Notes: generated by a model not told the origin, from the sequence alone. Numbered from the stretch's first letter, positions 24,736-37,666 are shown. The stretch is 64,000 bases of DNA from an uncultured Bacteroidaceae bacterium (GCA_963752525.1 CAVVYS010000006.1:105194-169193); one strand, 5' to 3'. A program made the numbers and translations.

Positions 24736-26481
24736 TCAATCGCCTGCGAGGGACAGCCTCAATGCAGCCATTTCCTGGGTGTTACGAACCAGCAGGATGT
24801 TGTCAACAAGCACCGGGTGGTTCCAGGTTTTGCCTTCGATAGCCGGGAACCGTGTTAACTCCGTTAGCCTGTCAGGGACTGCTTCAACCAGTGCTATCTC
24901 TCCCTTCTCCGTTAGCACCAGCAGCAAATCCTGGTCGGCCAGCAAAATGATCTGTCCACCATAACGTCCGCCTTTCCATTTGCGCTTGCCATTCTCAAGA
25001 TCGATGCATGCCAGGCTGGGGCCAACAAAACCGAAGGCATGGTCCTTATGAACCACGAAGTCATTAAAAGAGGATTTCAACTGGACTGACGTCCAGCGCT
25101 CCTCTATTGTCCATCCACCGGTGGATTGTGAAACCTTGATGCGGCGCATACCCTCTGCCCCCCCGGTATTAAGCAATACATCTCCATTGGCAGTAATAGC
25201 CGGTTGCAGAATACGGTCTCCCTGAGGCCAGGGAAAGCTCCCAGAGCATTGTACCGTTTGCCGGTACAATACTGATCGCACCATCCTACCTCATTCATGA
25301 ACAATACTTGCTCTACACCGGCTATGGTTAACGGATGTGGAGAACTGTATCCACTGCCACCCTCCGGGCCGAACCAGCGTGGTTCTCCGGTGGCGATGTC
25401 ATAGGCTACCATGGAGCCGGCTGTGGCGACTATTACAACATCGCCGACCACCAGGGGTGAGCACGTGAAGCCCCAACCAGGAATCTCCGTTTCAGTATCG
25501 GAAGCAGCATTTCGTGACCAAACAACATCACCATTTCCTGCATCTAGAACGCTAAGAATTCCTGTGGCACCCATTGTGAAGACACGTCCTTTACTAAGTG
25601 TAGGAGTTGACCGCGGACCGGCTCCTGCATGTGAATCCCAGAACCTGGCTGGATCACGGTGTATCCATACCGGCTCACCAGTAGCCAAGTTGTAACATGA
25701 AACGATTTCGTCCTCACCCCGCTGTTCCTGGGTGTAAATGAGGGTACCATGGACAGAGAAAGATGAGCAGCCAGGTCCTATCTGCCTGCGCCACACTTCG
25801 GTGGGGGGAACTTCAGACCAGTCGGTCTCTATCTTTACACCGTATATGATTCCGTCGCGATTGGGTCCACGAAAGCCTGGCCACTCTGCTTCGGTATCCA
25901 TGGCTTCTGCGACTGATGGGAGCTCTGCCAGGTCTTCACCAGTTTTGGCCATGAACTTTTCCTCTCTCGTTTCTGACCACCGCCATTTGAAATCATGACG
26001 GGCCTCACCGGTCATGCCTTCGGTCCGCAATAGCGTCCACACACCGGATGCGAGCAATATGGTTATGACCATTGTTGCGCGCCGGGGTCTCTCCCTTAGA
26101 TTATGGCTGGCCACAGCCCAGGCAACCAGGGCAAGGCTCATTACCGGTATGGAAAAGATGATGAACATCCCCCCCTGCATAGCCGTTGCAATCGACTCGT
26201 GAAGGATCTGTGATGCAGCCACCAGAGAGACTATCATAAAGATGACAGCACCCCAACGTTCGAGCCGGGGTGCCCTGCTGAAAAACGCCCACCAAACAAC
26301 GATAGCCAAGCCACCCAGTATCCCTCCAAACACACCCACTACAGCACTGCCGGGAATAACCATTGGAACGACAAACCAGACCAGCCATTGAAGTATCACG
26401 ATGATAATGCCGGGTTTCAGCCTGAGCATTTTCTGCCGGGTCTGACCAGCAGCTAGTTCTTGTTCTTTACTGTATTGACAT
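24736..26481 (-). CDS. Membrane-anchored PQQ-binding-like (BamB-type) beta-propeller repeat protein, frameshifted; start uncertain
   Basis: N-terminal TM helices; WPGFRGPNRDG, GPRSTPT, SGYSSP and KTWNHPVL motifs. Confidence 0.8.
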
Positions 26482-26493
26482 TTATATCTTTTT

Positions 26494-27426
26494 TCACAAG
26501 CCAGGCAAATTATCCGGATCCAGCCATTCCCCAAGACTGCTTACCGCCGACATGTTAAAGAAATCCAATGGTTTTAGACCTTCAGAATCCATGCTGACAA
26601 TATTCGTTGGGACGTTAGATAAAGGTACGGAAAACAATTCTGCAAATCCACCAGGCCTGTCAGTCTGAATCATCAGTTCAGTCAGATATGTAAATGATTC
26701 GTAATTGATTGAATGAATTTCAACAAATACTGAATCCCCTGGCAATAATGATGGCAAGTTCATCACCTGCCGCATCCGTATCATGGGGATTGATAAGCTC
26801 ACGAATCATTTCCATAAAAGAAATTCCATCAATATTACTGCCAGCTGCAAAACCAGCATCGAAAGCCAGGTTGATTTCATTGGGTTTATTCAGAAAGGAA
26901 CCATTCTTATACGCCTTTATCCAGTATGTATCGCCAGGTCCAACAATATCATTGGCATAGAACTGGGCGTAATATCCTTCCGGATAGATAGATTCTTCCT
27001 CATAGCTAAATACAATGCTGTCAATCTCAGGTACCCTGTTTAACAATGATGATGAAGTATATACTTTCTCTCCGATTTCAACATATAAGCTATAAGAGTT
27101 CATGATTGTTCCAATTTGGGGGTATTCCGGAGAAGGGATCCACTCATAAACTCCCGGGGATTTCTCAAGGAAATCAAACTGTATATTTCCTTCATTATCG
27201 ATGATATATACGGTAGCATTTTCGACTCCAGCATTGGATACATGAATCAAAATATGGAAGTGTTTCAGTAATTCTGATATATTGTGGGGCCTGGATTATC
27301 ATTGATCCAGGCATCGATAACAATTTGTGGTTCTGCTTGTTCAAGTTCCGGGTATATATTATCCTCGCAGGACCAAAAGAAAGAAGCAGCAAATAAAACG
27401 GTTAATAGAAATTGTAGATTTTTCAT
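26494..27426 (-). CDS. DUF4249-family lipoprotein, frameshifted
   Basis: MKNLQFLLTVLFAASFFWSCED lipobox; VPEIDSI and NVPTNI...F motifs; lies directly downstream of a TonB-dependent receptor, as is typical for the family. Confidence 0.75.
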
Positions 27427-27431
27427 TTCAG

Positions 27432-29850
27432 TTAGAATTTAAAATTGTAAGATATTGATGGAATTATTGATCCGATAATGGCCAGTCTTGGTACCTTTTG
27501 TTGCAACCGGCTGACCGGGGATTAGCCCTGTCTCTATCCTGGGAGAAATATATGGAAAAGGGATTTTTACGTGCATAAACATTATACGCTCCGAATACCC
27601 AGTAGTCCTGGTTTTTACGGACTTTACCACTTTTTTTCACCTTTTTCCCGTCCAGGCGAACTGAAAGATCGAGACGATGATAATCTTCAATACGAACATT
27701 GTTTCTGCTTTCATACGCATTGTGGGGTACAACATAGCCCTGCATTTCTAACCTTGATGTCGGGAAGGTAGTCGGGGTGCCGGTTATATAGCTAAAATTA
27801 CCCGAGAATGACCAGCGTTCATTTAGTTGGTATGCTCCTGTAAGACTCAGATTATGTTTCTGATCGAACCGAGTTGGATACCAATCTCCATGGTTAATGC
27901 CATCAACTTTCATTTCAGTCCTTCCCAGGGTATAACCAATCCAACCGGTGAATCTCCCAGTATTTTTCTTCAGGGAAATTTCCATTCCGTAAGCCCTGCC
28001 AATGCCGCTAAGCAGGTCAGCTTCAATAAACTCATTGATGAAAAGCTCTGCACCATCAATATATTCCATCTGGTTCACTGTGGATCTGTAATAGAGTTCC
28101 AGAGACGCTTCAAATCCATTGTTCCGGAAATTCCTGAAATAACCCAAACCAAAGGCATTGGCTATTCCCGGTTTAATGTTATTTGTACTTGGCATCCAGA
28201 TATTAAGCGGATTGGAAGCGGTAGTATTCGAGATCAGGTGAAGATATTGTGCCATCCGGTTATAGCTGGCTTTGATAGAACTGGAGCGACCGATTTGATA
28301 TTTTGCTGAAAACCTGGGTTCTAATGTTGCATAATAGGTGATTGGCTCACGATTACCCACCTCAGATATCCCGGTTAATTGCTTTCGTCTTCCCACCTCG
28401 GTTTCTACATATGAATATACTTTCCCTGGACCTGCAAACATAAAAGTTGAAACCCGGAGGCCATATTCAAATTCTAATTTTGAGGATATGGTTTGTTTAT
28501 TACCAATATATCCAGCTATTTCATAAGCATGTTTGGGGTCAAGGCTCACGTTGTTTGGTTGTCCTCCACTATTAAACAGTGCATTTGCCGGATCAAACCG
28601 GTAATACAATATTTCTCCTCCGAAATAAATTTTATTATTCGCATTCAGGGAATATGAAAATTCAGGTTTAAGTGCCGTTGATCGGATCCTGGAATCCCAC
28701 TCAAAACGGTCTGTCGTAATCTTCCCCTAGCATTAATTCGTATGTATAGTCACTGAAATATGATGTAAGGTTGAAGAACATCCTGTTACTAATTAAATGA
28801 TTCCATCTTAAAGTGGCTGTTCTGTTTCCCCAGCTAAATCCCTGGTGTTCGGTGAACATGAACTTATCCTGTCCAAAGTATCCAGAGAGGTAAAGGCGGT
28901 CTTTTTCGCCAAATGTATAATTGGCCTTTAAGGTCAGATCCCAGAAATTCAAGGCCTGTCCAGATTCAAGTGCATTGGTAAAGGTCCTGGCAAGTACATC
29001 TGCATAAGATCTTCTGGCTGCAATGATGAATGATCCTTTGTCTTTCACAATGGGTGCTTCAAAGGTTAGCCGGCTAAATATGGTTCCAATGCCACCTTGG
29101 ACGCCAATACCGTTTGGTATTTCCCTCTTTCATTTTGATGTCCAGAATGGATGCGATCCTTCCTCCATAAAGGGCTGGTATGCCACCTTTGTATAATTTA
29201 ACGTCTTTTACTGCATCCGGATTAAATACAGAAAAGAATCCCATAACGTGGGATGAATTATAAACCGGCGCATCATCCAGTAAAACCAGGTTCTGGCCAA
29301 CACTGCCTCCCCGCACATTAAAACCAGAGGCACCTTCACCCACGGTACTTACACCAGGCAATAATTGAATGCTTTTAATCACATCAACCTCGCCAAGAAA
29401 GGCCGGCATTTTTTGGATGGTTTTAATATCAAGTTTTTCAACACTCATTTCTGTACTTGTCACATTATGATCCCTGCTCTTTGCCAGGATCACAACTTCA
29501 TCAATCTGCATTACCTCTTCAACCAATTCAAGGTCATCCGCTGATCTGACATTAGTTCAATCCTATGAGATATTGTTCCATATCCGATATAACTGAAATC
29601 TATGTGTATAAGTTCCTTCAGGTAAGGTCAGGGAATAAAATCCATATGCATTGGTAACCGTTCCACTACTCAGTTCCTGTACATATATGGCGGCTCCGAT
29701 TAAAGATTCTCCATTACCGGAATCTCTCAGATACCCATTTAAAGTAATTCCAGCGGATTTTTCCTGACCGAAAGAGTAGCCAGGAGTAAACATTGTAAGA
29801 TCAAAAAGAATCCCAAGTGAGAAATTGAAAAATTGTTTGATTGATGTCAT
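27432..29850 (-). CDS. TonB-dependent receptor, frameshifted
   Basis: GESLIGA..GTVTNAYGFYSL, FLGEVDVIKSIQLLPGV..NVRGGSVGQNL, DYHRLDLS and a C-terminal SYNFKF. Confidence 0.9.
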
Positions 29851-29962
29851 AATATTTTGTTTAGGGGATTTATTGCTTGATTCTTAATCTTTTTAAGTTT
29901 TTCAAATCTATGTTTGTAATATATCAGATTAGAATTCCCTGTAATACACGGGATTAAGATTT

Positions 29963-30013
29963 GTTATGAGTTGTGAGATTTTTGGGATAAATGGTTGAGC
30001 TGGGATGAATGGT
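29963..30013 (-). promoter_or_regulatory. Three imperfect 12-bp direct repeats upstream of the TBDR (candidate LytTR-type sites)
   Basis: Minus-strand ACCATTCATCCC, ACCATTTATCCC and ACAACTCATAAC at 30002-30013, 29984-29995 and 29963-29974. The proximal pair has a 21-bp period. Confidence 0.45.
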
Positions 30014-30058
30014 ATAGGTGAGGAATACATCCAGCTATTGAGCTATGTGTGATACTTT

Positions 30059-30307
30059 TCATTTCAGTTTGTCGTTAGCTTTATCCAATAACTTCTTTTC
30101 ATGTTCATTTTCAGTTGGATTAACTGAAATAAGTTTCAGATTTAGATCCCTGATCAGGTTGAGAATTCCATGCATAAATGCATCATCTTTTACATTTCCG
30201 GAAAGAATGGTATTGTCTCCTTCATAGATTAAGTCCATCCCTTCAAACCTGTCTTCCCATACTTTATCAAGATGTCCCTGTAGTTTAATCTTGGTTTTGC
30301 CTTTCAT
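30059..30307 (-). CDS. Small hypothetical protein (ACT-like) of the type often found next to MalT-like regulators
   Basis: MKGKTKIKLQGHLDKVWEDRFEGM...TILSG..DDAFMHGILNLIRDLNLKLISV; ATG at 30307. Confidence 0.7.
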   Translation of the reverse strand: MKGKTKIKLQGHLDKVWEDRFEGMDLIYEGDNTILSGNVKDDAFMHGILNLIRDLNLKLISVNPTENEHEKKLLDKANDKLK

Positions 30308-30341
30308 TTTTTTTACATTAAATTTTAAGGCAAAATTGGGG

Positions 30342-30389
30342 ATCACCCATCAAAAAAAAATCACCCTCACGGGTGATTCAAAGGGTGAT
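30342..30389. promoter_or_regulatory. Four-box ATCACCC/GGGTGAT operator-like element with a central palindrome
   Basis: ATCACCC at 30342 and 30360; GGGTGAT at 30371 and 30383; core AATCACCC-tcac-GGGTGATT. Confidence 0.65.
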
Positions 30390-30433
30390 TTTATATTAGG
30401 ACGGAAAATACTGGAAAGGGAAATGACGCTACA

Positions 30434-33118
30434 TTAGAGTATTCTCAGTTCCCTTGCTTTATTGACTGCTTTCGATCGATTATTTACTTCAAGTTTTAAG
30501 TAAATATTCTTCAAATGAGTTTTAACAGTATTCAAGGAAATAAATAGTTTATCAGCGATTTCCTGATTAGTCAAGTCTTCGGCAATGAGTTTCAGGGTAT
30601 CCAGCTCACGTGCACTTAAATCTGAGTCTATTTGAACTTCTCCATACTTATTGTTCTTACTGATGGCAAATTTTAGTTTATCAATGAAGGTTTTGGGAAT
30701 ATTGGTTTTCACAGTCGCCTGAATTTTAATCACTTCATCTATTAAATCATAAATATGCTCTACACTGAAAATAAAGTATGAAATCAGGTTTTCATCTGAA
30801 GCAAATTCCATTGCTTCAATCAATTCTCCTATTGCTTTTTCATGATTACCTCTTAATTTAAACAGGTAGGTATACAAAATTTTAAGTTCAATCACTCTTT
30901 CAATTCTTTGTCCGGTATCTGCCAGGGTATATAGTTCCTTAAGAAGTTGTTCCGCTTCATCCAATTTATTTTGAATCAGTAATAACCGGGCATAAGCCTG
31001 GTATGCAGATTCGTTTGCATGAGATTTCTCTTCGTCAAGTTCCAGGCCAAAATCCAGAATAACATCATTGGCCTGTTCAATCAGGTTGTCTTTAAGTAAT
31101 ATATAAATCTTCCATCCGATAACCATGGAAGTTAAAAATGGGGGCATGCTAAAACGCTTCAATATATCTTCCAATTCATCTATTTTCTCATCTGCCTCGA
31201 TATCTCCACGCATCTTCAATAAGAAGGAATAGAACATTAAAATGAAAATATTGAGATAAATGTCTTTTCCACTCTTGCTTAAACTATAGGCAATTTTAAC
31301 ATTTTCGTATGCCCTGTCCATATCTGCCCAGGTGAAATGAGAAACTCCCATAATAAAATACAGCGCGGCATAAGTCCATTCGGCTTTTGATAATTCTGAA
31401 TAACCCCTTTCGTTCATTAAAGCCAGCAGGTCTGTACATCTATTATAAGCTGATTTATAATGCCCCAGCTGTTGTTCGCTCTCTGCTAGCCTAATTACAA
31501 TAGTTGATGTTAGATAGATGTTCCCGGATCTCCTGCCGTATTGCAGGGCCTTGATGTAAGCTTTGTTACTTTCAACTAATTCTCCGTTAGAAAAATAGGC
31601 AATACCATAAGAGAACCAGGCCCAGCTAAACCAGAAAGGGTCATCCTCTGACAGGTTTTCCATGGCTATTTTACAATAACCAAGAATTTTCTCTGAATAT
31701 TCTTCATTGGAATATAAATAGGCAAATGCAACAGCTAATTTGCCCAGCAGCGTCTTGCTCTTTTGAATATCTGGCTGAGATAAACTATTATTGTTTATCC
31801 TCTTCCTGGTTATTATTTCAGCACTCAACAGAAAAGGTTCAGCTTTCTGAGCCTGACCGGCAGCAATTAATATCCATGAATAGTACAGACAGAAGTCAGG
31901 ATTCTTTTTTATCAGTTCATCAGGCAATAAATCACCATAATTCATAATGGCGGAATGCAGTCCCTTTTCCCATTTAGCCTCCACTATGCTACCAAGTAAT
32001 TGAATACACTTCTCGTAATTATTATTTTCCATTGCATGATCTATGGCTAATTCATGCATATTATTTTGTTCATACCACTCACAGGCCTTATTATGAAGTT
32101 CTTCTATTGTAGATTTTTCATTAAGTAATAGCCTTTGTTTTAATAAATCAGCAAAGAGATGATGATATCGGTACCACTGCCGTTCAGCATCCAGCGGAAA
32201 AACAAACATGTTATTTTTCTCCAGGTTCTCAAGGACCAGCTGGCTGTCATTACGGCCTAAAACAGCATTACAGAGAGGAGTGGAAATCTGCTCCAGGATT
32301 GATGTTTTCAACAGAAATTCCTTTATGTCATCTGACTGGATTTTCAATACCTCCTCAATCAGATAATCCATAATATACCGGTTATTCCCTGCAAATGCTT
32401 CGATGAAAGCAGAAGTATCTTCATAGCCCTGCATTGACAATGCTGCCAGTTGAAGACCGGCGATCCATCCTTCTGTTTTGGTTTCAAGGGAATAGATATC
32501 CTCAGGTGAAAGCTTGATTTTGAATTTTTTATTAAACAACTCAAAAATATCATTAGCCGAAAAACTAAGCTCATCTGATCTGAGTTCTACCAACTGATCC
32601 TGGCTTCTTAATTTTGCAATAGGCAGGTTAGGATCAGACCGGGATAAAATTACAACATGTATATTATCGGGAATATGTTCCAATAAATAGGTGACTATTA
32701 TTAAGATTTCACTGTTACTGATCAGGTGAAAATCGTCAAACACCAGCATAAAATCCTGATCGATGTTGAGTATATCATTGATCAAGAGGCTGGTAATTGA
32801 TTCAGCGTTTGGTTCTTTAGGCGAATTCAACAATTCGAGAGCAGATTGTCCGAAATCCGTCCTGATATTTTGAATTCCCCAAATTATATAACTCAAAAAT
32901 ACAGCAGGATCATTGTCTCCTTTGTCAAGTGAGAACCACGCTGTCGGAATTTCATGATAATGTATCCAATCACTTATGATGGTTGTTTTACCAAATCCAG
33001 CGGGAGCAGAGATGAGAATTAATTTTCTTTTCAGTCCCAGGTTTAAACTTTCAAAAAGACCTGCTCGATGAACTAAATCCTGACCTGCAGAAGGAATGTG
33101 CAATTTTGTTAGAAGCAT
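30434..33118 (-). CDS. MalT-like STAND ATPase / LuxR transcriptional regulator
   Basis: MLLTKLHIP, Walker [36 protein letters not shown] and a C-terminal LuxR HTH ([27 protein letters not shown]). Confidence 0.93.
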   Translation of the reverse strand: MLLTKLHIPSAGQDLVHRAGLFESLNLGLKRKLILISAPAGFGKTTIISDWIHYHEIPTAWFSLDKGDNDPAVFLSYIIWGIQNIRTDFGQSALELLNSPKEPNAESITSLLINDILNIDQDFMLVFDDFHLISNSEILIIVTYLLEHIPDNIHVVILSRSDPNLPIAKLRSQDQLVELRSDELSFSANDIFELFNKKFKIKLSPEDIYSLETKTEGWIAGLQLAALSMQGYEDTSAFIEAFAGNNRYIMDYLIEEVLKIQSDDIKEFLLKTSILEQISTPLCNAVLGRNDSQLVLENLEKNNMFVFPLDAERQWYRYHHLFADLLKQRLLLNEKSTIEELHNKACEWYEQNNMHELAIDHAMENNNYEKCIQLLGSIVEAKWEKGLHSAIMNYGDLLPDELIKKNPDFCLYYSWILIAAGQAQKAEPFLLSAEIITRKRINNNSLSQPDIQKSKTLLGKLAVAFAYLYSNEEYSEKILGYCKIAMENLSEDDPFWFSWAWFSYGIAYFSNGELVESNKAYIKALQYGRRSGNIYLTSTIVIRLAESEQQLGHYKSAYNRCTDLLALMNERGYSELSKAEWTYAALYFIMGVSHFTWADMDRAYENVKIAYSLSKSGKDIYLNIFILMFYSFLLKMRGDIEADEKIDELEDILKRFSMPPFLTSMVIGWKIYILLKDNLIEQANDVILDFGLELDEEKSHANESAYQAYARLLLIQNKLDEAEQLLKELYTLADTGQRIERVIELKILYTYLFKLRGNHEKAIGELIEAMEFASDENLISYFIFSVEHIYDLIDEVIKIQATVKTNIPKTFIDKLKFAISKNNKYGEVQIDSDLSARELDTLKLIAEDLTNQEIADKLFISLNTVKTHLKNIYLKLEVNNRSKAVNKARELRIL

Positions 33119-33162
33119 GTAAGCAATTTAAGAAATCTCGGGAATTGGGCATTTCCCTCTGA

Positions 33163-35067
33163 TCATTCTAGATACTGGCCCAGCTCCAACCAGCGCTGAA
33201 GTTTTGTTTCGATGAGTTCAATGACATCAGCAATACGCTTTGATTTCTGATCGAGGGACTCATAACCAAGCTTCCCGGCACTCTAACTCAGCCTCCAGGG
33301 ATGTTTTTTCCTTTTCCAGTTCCTCAATATCTGCTTCCAGCCGACCATACTCTTGCTGCTCTTTGTAGCTGAGTTTTGTTTTTGCCTTTCCCGCGGCTTT
33401 ACTTTCCCTGGGATCATGCTGTTTTACAGAAACCTTGACCAGGTCTTTTTTCTCCTTCTTCTCCAGCATTCCTTTGCCTGGCGGTAGGCTCGTATAGGAT
33501 CCATAATGATCCTTTATCATCCCATTCTCCCTCAAAGATGAAAAGGTGATCAGTGAGTTTATCCAGGAAATACCGGTCATGGGATACTATTATCAGACAG
33601 CCCTTGAATGAGAGCAGGAATTCCTCCAGCTTATTAAGTGCAATAAGGTCGAGGTCATTCGTTGGCTCATCCAGGATCAGAAAATTTGGATTCTTTGATC
33701 AGAACGGTTAGCAGGTGCAGCCTGCGCAGCTCTCCCCCGCTCAGTTTCGAGATCATTTTGTATTGTGATTCCGGGAGTGAACATAAAGTGCTCCAGAAAT
33801 TGCGAGGCAGAAATGGTCTTTCCATCTTCCATCATCACTACTTCAGCAATCTCCCTTACGGCATCAATCACCCTTTGCTCCTTTTCCCATTCCTGTCCGA
33901 GTTGCCTGTAATATCCCATTACTACCGTTTCTCCCAGGTCTATGGTTCCGGAATCCGTGGTACTTCCAATGCAGAGATCACATCCAGAAAAGTTGTTTTA
34001 CCCGTTCCGTTCCTGCCAATCACTCCCAGCCGCTCACCTTTCGAAAACTTATAGCTAAATCTTTAAGGATCTTAAGCGATCCATAGGCTTTACTGATATT
34101 TTCTAAATCCAGGATTTTCCCTCCAAGGCGCGGTGCCCTTACCTGGAGTTTTAATTCACCCTGATCAGATACCAGTTTGGCTCTCTCCCTGATACCATCA
34201 AAAGCATCAATGCGGGCCTTTGATTTAGTGGTCCTGGCCTTTGGCATCACCCGCAGCCATTCCAGTTCCTTCTTCATCAATTGGGTAGCCTTGTCTGATT
34301 CCACCTTTTGCAGTTCCTCCCGTTCTGCTCTTTTTTGAAGAAATAACTCATAATTCCCCTTATAGTGGAACATCTTTCCCTGGTTTAATTCGATGATGCG
34401 GTTGCAAACCCTATCCAGAAAATAGCGATCATGGGTAACCATCAGTAACGTGAGGGATGATTGGGAAAGGTAACGCTCCAGCCATTCAATCATATCGATA
34501 TCCAGGTGATTGGTTGGTTCGTCCAGCATGAGCAAATCGGGCTCATCCAGCAAAACCATGGCCAAGGCCAGCCTTTTCTTTTCCCCGCCTGAAAGCTTGG
34601 ATATTATTTGTGAAGTATCGGTGATCCGAAAAAGGTCCAGTAACTGCTTCAAACGCCTTTCATAATCCCATGCATCCAGCCTGTCCATCTCATTACTGGC
34701 CTCTTCAAGTGTTTTAGCTGTATCTGGAGTCTGACTATGCGAGTGCTTATCCAAGCGCCCTCTCATAACGCTGGATCACAGTGAGTACCGGTGTGTTGGC
34801 TGTGAGGATCAATTGATCAATTGTCAGGGAACCATCAAGATCTGGTACCTGCTCCAGAAAGGCTGTTTTTATTCCACTCCGAAAAGTAAATTCTCCTGAG
34901 TCTGAAGCCATCCTGCCCATCAGGATTCTTAAAAGCGTTGTCTTCCCGGTTCCATTCCTGGCGATCAGTGCTGTCTTATCCCCACGTGCCAGCCCGAAGG
35001 TAAGTCCCTCAAAAAGAACCTGCTCACCAAAGGATTTCGAAAGATTCTCTGCAGAAAAGTAATTCAT
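33163..35067 (-). CDS. ABC-F family ATP-binding protein (Uup-like), frameshifted
   Basis: Two ABC domains (NGTGKTT, LSGGEKKRL, LDEPTNHLD; a second GTGKTT and DEPTNDLD) and a C-terminal KLSYKEQQE...RWLEL domain; no TM segments. Confidence 0.9.
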
Positions 35068-35275
35068 CTCCAATCATCAAATTTCCGTGAAGTTAATACT
35101 TCCCAAATGATACAATAACAAGTTCTGCAAGATCTTTAGTATGATCTATTAATTATACAGGGTAGTAACATAACTTTTCTTGACCCGCTTTACAAATATT
35201 GGTTGGAGAAATACTATTTTAAGATGTAATACATTCCGGCAATCTCGCCTTCATCCTGAATGAGATGGCTATTCT

Positions 35276-37666
35276 CTAATCATATTTCAGGGTCTTGGCG
35301 GGATTTGTTTGAGCAGCTTTTAGTGTCTGGGAACTTATTGTCAGAAGTCCCACGACAACAACTATAAATACTCCTGCCAGAATGGTGCCGATCCCGAAAT
35401 CAACCCGTTTTGTCAAATACTGTAGCCATAGATTATTGACCAGGTATGCAATAATGCCACCGATAACTGCAGCTATAAACATCAACCACAAGTATGATTT
35501 TGAAACCAGGAATATGATATGGTTGACTTCTGCACCGAAAACTTTTCTGATGCCGATCTCCCTCCTTCGGGTTTGCGTACTGTAGGTAGCCATTCCAAGC
35601 AGGCCAAAGCCGGCAATTATGAGCGCCAGTATGGTAGCAAAACCAACGGTATACATGATATCCTCAAAGAAGGTATAGTAAAATCTTATTCTGCCATCAA
35701 GAAAATCTCCATTAAATTCATGGATTGGATCAATCTTTCTCCATGTTCTTTCCAGTTTACTTACAGTAGCTGGCATGTCAGGGGAATCCAGTCTCAGGAA
35801 AGCATGACGATAATTTCCTGGAATATATCTTAACAGCATGGGTTTCAGATTAAGAAATACTGCTGCGTACTGATAATTCTTAATGATACCAATAATTTCG
35901 ACTATGGTTGAATCATTCAGGATCAGGGTTGTCCCTAGAGCTTCCTGTGCAGTTCCCAGCTGGAAATGTTCGACGGTCATTTCGCTGGCGATCACGAACT
36001 TCTCATTTTCTGTACTCATATTGTCAGGGAAGTTTCTCCCGGCAATCAATTCCAATCCCATGGTTTCAATGTAATTTTCATCCGCTGAAAAATAGTTGGC
36101 TCCATATTTTTCATCTTCCATATTCAATCTAATATCAACCCCCTGTAAATTTCCTTCACCCGGAATGTGTGACGATGCAGTGATGTTAAGTACTTCAGGT
36201 AGCTGACTATATTCAGCGTTCACCTTGCTGAAATCTTTTCCCTGCAGGTTAATATCATAGACCACTTCAGCATCAAACCCCATATCAGCATTGATCATGA
36301 AGTTCATTTGTTTGAAAATCAATAGTATTGAAATGATGAATACCATAGAGAATACGAACTGTGTGACAAGCAATATTTTCCTTAATGTGAGGCGGCTGAA
36401 AAATCTGACGTTGGTTATACCCTTAAGTACAAATATCGGTCTAAAAGCAGAAATAAAAACAGCAGGCAGAACACCTGAAATTAAACCGGTAACCAGTGCG
36501 AAGATCAAGAACCAGAGATAGATTTTTATATTTTGCTCCGGTCTTATCTCAAGCAGCGACATCATTTGCATACCGGAGAAAGCCGGTAATAAATACTGTA
36601 AAAATGCGAATGCCAGGAGCAGCGAAATGACGGCTATGACAATTGCTTCAAGCAAAAACTGCAGGATCACCTGTGGTCTGGTTGCTCCAAATGTCTTCCT
36701 GACACCTACCTCTCTTGCCCTCAGCATGGAGCGCGCCACAGAAAGACTGGTATAATTGAAGGCTGCAGAAATGATGATGACCAGGGCCAATCCACCCAGG
36801 AACAATATGAATACTTTGGGCATAAAAACACCTATTTCATTGGCCATTAATGGACCCGGGACGATTTTGTCGAGTGGCTGGAGATAGAAAGATAAATTAT
36901 GATCCTCATTGCCTTTGTACTTCTCAACACTTATCTGATCAAATATCTGCTGTATGTTATCAAGGTCAGCATCTTCGTGGAGAAGAAGATATATCCAGCT
37001 TCCAGAAGTGGTTGACCAGTTGTTGACAAATCTTGGTTCATCCCTTTTTTGATCAAGGATTTCAAGGGTAGACATAGATACCAGTGCTTCAAACTGGAGG
37101 TGTGATTTTTCACTAGTTTTAGCCAAAACACCTTTTACCTCGTAGGCCCTGAGTGTATCGATTTCTATAAACTTTCCAATGGGATCCTCCTCACCAAAAA
37201 ACTTATTAGCAGTTTCCCAGCTCAGCACCAGTGAATATGGTTCATCAAGGATTCCCTCAACAGAGCCTTGCTCTAACTGAAAATCAAAGACATCAAAGAA
37301 TTCAGTGCTGGTATAGAACCCATTTAAGGACAGTCGGGTATCCTTATACAACCCCTCTCCTCCAAAAGAATTATTCAAAATAATCACCTCTTCTGCGATG
37401 GCATAATTATCCCGAAGTTCAATTCCTAAAGCATAAGGATTTGAAGCCATCTTCAGGGACATTTCAAATAGACTATCCACCTGCTGGACCCTGTAGATCC
37501 TCTTACTTTTCGTATGCATCTTATCATAGGAAAACTGGTCGAGAATGACCACTATGATGAGCATGCAAACCGACATACTCAAGGATAGACCAAAGATATT
37601 AATCAATGAAAATCCCTTATATCTAAGAACATTCCTGAAGGCAGTGAGAAGGTAATTTTTAATCAT
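35276..37666 (-). CDS. MacB/FtsX-family ABC transporter permease
   Basis: MIKNYLLTAFRN..FSLINIFGL, RAREVGVRK, RRREIGIRKVFGA and AAQTNPAKTLKYD motifs. Confidence 0.93.
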   Translation of the reverse strand: MIKNYLLTAFRNVLRYKGFSLINIFGLSLSMSVCMLIIVVILDQFSYDKMHTKSKRIYRVQQVDSLFEMSLKMASNPYALGIELRDNYAIAEEVIILNNSFGGEGLYKDTRLSLNGFYTSTEFFDVFDFQLEQGSVEGILDEPYSLVLSWETANKFFGEEDPIGKFIEIDTLRAYEVKGVLAKTSEKSHLQFEALVSMSTLEILDQKRDEPRFVNNWSTTSGSWIYLLLHEDADLDNIQQIFDQISVEKYKGNEDHNLSFYLQPLDKIVPGPLMANEIGVFMPKVFILFLGGLALVIIISAAFNYTSLSVARSMLRAREVGVRKTFGATRPQVILQFLLEAIVIAVISLLLAFAFLQYLLPAFSGMQMMSLLEIRPEQNIKIYLWFLIFALVTGLISGVLPAVFISAFRPIFVLKGITNVRFFSRLTLRKILLVTQFVFSMVFIISILLIFKQMNFMINADMGFDAEVVYDINLQGKDFSKVNAEYSQLPEVLNITASSHIPGEGNLQGVDIRLNMEDEKYGANYFSADENYIETMGLELIAGRNFPDNMSTENEKFVIASEMTVEHFQLGTAQEALGTTLILNDSTIVEIIGIIKNYQYAAVFLNLKPMLLRYIPGNYRHAFLRLDSPDMPATVSKLERTWRKIDPIHEFNGDFLDGRIRFYYTFFEDIMYTVGFATILALIIAGFGLLGMATYSTQTRRREIGIRKVFGAEVNHIIFLVSKSYLWLMFIAAVIGGIIAYLVNNLWLQYLTKRVDFGIGTILAGVFIVVVVGLLTISSQTLKAAQTNPAKTLKYD

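Noticed and set aside
3240-35070. Programmed frameshifting or phase variation
   Set aside because: The breaks are numerous, occur in unrelated genes, and are not at a shared slippery motif or long simple repeat.
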